From Euglena gracilis (taxonomy: Eukaryota): a DNA stretch of 64,000 nucleotides. Below the pieces are notes generated by a model. That model ran no database searches, was not told the DNA's origin, and saw nothing but the letters and a program-made list of their open reading frames with translations. Shown here piece after piece: positions 60,642 through 64,000 of this stretch. Within the stretch, counting starts at the first letter, position 1. The number at the start of each line of letters is the position of its first letter. The DNA lies in contig CP154954.1 of assembly GCA_039621445.1 (NCBI GenBank), positions 30,818,395 through 30,882,394 of the forward strand. The letters run 5' to 3'. The translations under genes were made by a program, and so were the position numbers.

Positions 60642-62891
60642 GCCGGGGCGACGCTGCAAGCAACGCGGCGGAAAGGTCGCAGGCGGAGAACGATGCCGTG
60701 GCTGCACATGCTGCACGGAGGAGTTCACCGCGACAACCCGCGGCCGATGGGGAGAAGCAATCCGACGGGTTCGAGAAAGGGCAGGGGATCGCCCTCCGGT
60801 CCAGAAGGGGGGTGGGGAACACCCCCCCACCACCTAAACAATGGCAGTCTGAAAATTTTGCACCGGGCCGAAATTTTTGACCCCCAAACGGCCAAAAAAT
60901 GCCATTTTGGGAACTTTTTGGGCTAAAATTTGTCAAAATGCAAAAAAATTCGGCACGAAGTACTAAAAGGAAATTTTTGACGTTTGGGGGGTCCCTGCAC
61001 CCCCCGGGGTCGTTACGGGCCCCCTCTGGTCCAGGAGGGGGGCAGCCCCCCCACCTAAACCCCGTACACCCTGTTTATATCGAACCTGGGGAGGGGCACG
61101 GGCCAAGGTGCCTGGCGGGGCCGAACCACGGCGGCCCACCGCAGTGCTTCGGCAGTGCAGCACAGCAGACGCATTGTTGAACGGTGCAGGTTTTCTAAAC
61201 AGCGAACGATTCAGCAGCTGCTGGCTTTTTCTTGAAAAGGGCCAGGACCTCAAGCTACTTTCCTGGCAAGCTGAATCCATCCGGCATGACCTTCCAGATC
61301 AGCCAAGGTGTAAAATTGAGCCTGGTTTTGACAGGGAGGGGGGGTCGCTCGGTGTCGCAGTTCGACATGAACAATGACCGGAAATGAAACTGATCTCCCG
61401 TTGGAGTGACGGCGGGGAGTGTGGTAGAATGGCGTCGGGGCCATTGGGCACACTACTTCAATGAAACAGGGCACGGTCTCGTTGTGTGTAACTCCACCCT
61501 GACAGCCCATATTTGCTGCGGAACAGGGAGAGTTGACCAACCCTGGGGGGCCTCGGACTGCCCTGGGGTGCCTGCCCAAGCAGGGACCAACCCCCCCTCC
61601 CCCCGGTTGTACCTGCCTGTGGCCAAAAAAAAAAAAACAGAGCGAATTGGCCATTTTCTGAGCTTCTAGCACCTTTGGTAGGGTGCATGGCCGAGTGCCT
61701 GGAGCACCAGCTTAAATTTTTTTTAAAAAATGAAAATAAACAATAATTTTCAAAAATTTGGGTGACATTTTTTCATTTCATCTTATGTCAGGTTGGCAAA
61801 CCTGTTTGAAGGTGAAATGTAATTGTGCAGTCAAAAATAAAATATTTTTGAAAAGAATTCGCCGGAAGGAAAAAGGGCTCAATTTGTGCGTGTTTCAGCT
61901 CTCGATGCTAAACCCTCCCTGTGTTATTTACCCAAGCCAAGCGGACCCAACAGCCCGGGGGGGGTCAAATCCCATGCTTGGGATCACTTGCCACGTAACT
62001 GGATGAATTCTCGAGACACTCTATCATCATTGGACATCGCCTCGAGAATTGTGTGTTTTCGACATGTCCCAACCACTTTGTCAGATGAAGAAGACATTTT
62101 TTGTGGGGAAAGCATTCCTCATGATAATGCATTTTTGAACCCAGAAAAAATTCCTGGGGGGTCAGGATGGCCCAGCAGAGGAGGTGGTCAACTTTGGAGG
62201 GGTCAAGTTGGGCCGAACAGCCCGGGGGGTTAATAATCGGGAGGGTCAATAACATGGGGGGGGGGGTAACTATGGTTGAATTCTACAGCGACGAGTCAAA
62301 ACGCCACAGCTGCCGCTTATTGTGGCGTTTCTGGTATTTGCAGTTTGAGACACACCAAGAAATGGGCAAAAGCTGCCAAGTGGATCAGCAGCGGAGCATT
62401 GTGCCAAGTGTCAGCGGCGGTCAGGCACAAAAGCACACTCGTCCAAAAATACGTCGCCGGCGCCCTGCAGTTCAGTGCGAAGCTTTCCGGGCTGAACATG
62501 GGCTGAACCGATGGGGAAACGCTTCTTCCGGACACCGGGAAAATTTTGGCTGTAACTGTTAACCCATTTGAATTTCAGGTGATTTGTTGACATGAAATTC
62601 TGGATGGTTACCAGCCCCCATTGTGCTCAAGGACTACTTCAGCATCTCCTCTGGACATTTTCCCAGTTTCTTGTGTACGGGTTCAATTTCATCGATTTCT
62701 GTGATTGCGAGGTGGGATCCGTTGCATTGTGATTTTCAAAAGCCCTGTCTCTGAGCCCTTTCTTCCAGAAACTGTGTATTACGCCTCGTGGATCGGGGCT
62801 CATTGAGGAGCTTCATGTATGTATTAGGGTATCCATCTCAAAACACGCACTGGTTTCTGAAGGAGAAGCTGTGATTCTTTTCCCTTGAACC

Positions 62892-63629
62892 CAGGGGGGG
62901 GGAAATGCGCTGGGCGGCCCTCGGAAAAAATGCGCAAAAATGCGCAAAAAAATGCGCCGAGTTTGAACATTCCTAAGGGAAAAAGGACTTAGAAAAATTT
63001 CCAACAATGAGCCCAAAATTAAACCAAAATCACCAAAAACAGCTGAAATGAAGGCATTTTTGGTCAAAAAAAAAATGCATGAGCAAGGCGTCACTCTCTG
63101 TTCACCATAACCAACAATGTCAGCCCTCGTGCCCCGTACTTGTGACCAGGGGAGAAGGATTTGATGCGGGGTCTCTGAAAACCCTAGTGTCCTCATCATC
63201 ATTGGATGAGTACCCACACCTCATCACCCAAAGGTTTTTTCTTGAATATGGACAAAATGCCTCCAAAAAGTGTAAAAAAAGGTGGGGAAATGGGAAAAAA
63301 GCACAAAAAAATGCGCAAAAAAATTCTTTCAAAAAGGGGCAGAATAGAGCACAAATCAAACAACATAACTCAGTGTCAATGCAACGTTGGTCAAGGAGCA
63401 ATTTGATAATATACAATCAAAATAAAATAAAAACCAAAATGAAACTGCAACGTATAAAAAAAGTCGTAAATTCTTAAGACGCAAAAAATGCGCGAAAAAA
63501 AATCGAAAAAAATGCGCAAAAAATGCGAAAAAAATGCGCAAACATGCGCATTTCCCCAAAATCCGGAAAATGCGCAAAAAATGTGCAAAAATGCGAAAAA
63601 ATGCGAAACGCATTCCCCCCCCCCCCCTG
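62892..63629. mobile_element. MITE with CAGGGG… TIRs and 7-bp TSD (copy 2)
   Basis: Flanked by ttgaacc on both sides; homologous to 19177-19912. Confidence 0.85.
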
Positions 63630-64000
63630 TTGAACCTGAACACCTCTCAACTGTGTTGACAGTTGGAAAAGAATTTAGGGGTTAGTCATTGTCCCCTTTT
63701 TCTCCATCTCCGGATTGCAGAACCCTAGGGAGACTTGTTTGCCAGAAAATCTGGATGAAATTTCAGCCTTCCAATATTTTTCCCCAGCGAGTTTGTGTCC
63801 GACTTCTTATAATAAATGTCCAAAATCTCTTTCTTTGGTTTACACCGATTCTTGATACAAAGACAAAGAAACTAAAGCAGAAAACCACCGGATGCATCTG
63901 CAAACCAGCGAGAGACAAGGGGGTGGCGATGAGAACCATGGAGGGAAGGGAGGCGATTGGAGAAATCTGACCAACAACAGCAGGCAGCAGGCCAGTCCCA

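Overview
Eukaryotic, intron-rich nuclear DNA, most likely from a euglenid (Euglena-like). The evidence is GC-rich short exons separated by a mix of GT-AG introns and hairpin 'nonconventional' introns with CAG at +4..+6 and CTG at -8..-6. The window holds five main things. (1) A near-complete DIRS1-type tyrosine-recombinase retrotransposon (4534-9083; RT, RNase H, adenine-MT-like and YR domains, ITRs plus ICR), with a second, decayed DIRS-like RT just upstream. (2) A minus-strand multi-exon gene region (~11-35.8 kb) that includes an AAA_28/TTD14-like P-loop NTPase domain. (3) An 8.8-kb array of near-identical ~661-bp units, each carrying a putative helicase exon. (4) A minus-strand gene (47.2-60.6 kb) combining a Pro-rich N-terminus, a DDX1-like SPRY domain, a PAM2-like motif and the start of a DEAH/RHA helicase core. 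(5) Many MITEs with CAG...CTG termini and 8-bp TSDs, plus an internally deleted hAT transposon with the same end structure. The main observation is that several of these MITEs sit inside reading frames. Removing them by the euglenid nonconventional-intron rule (3 nt + CAG...CTG + 5 nt) deletes exactly the element plus one 8-bp TSD and restores the frame, so hAT-type MITEs appear to be generating nonconventional introns. All calls were read by eye, with no database searches.
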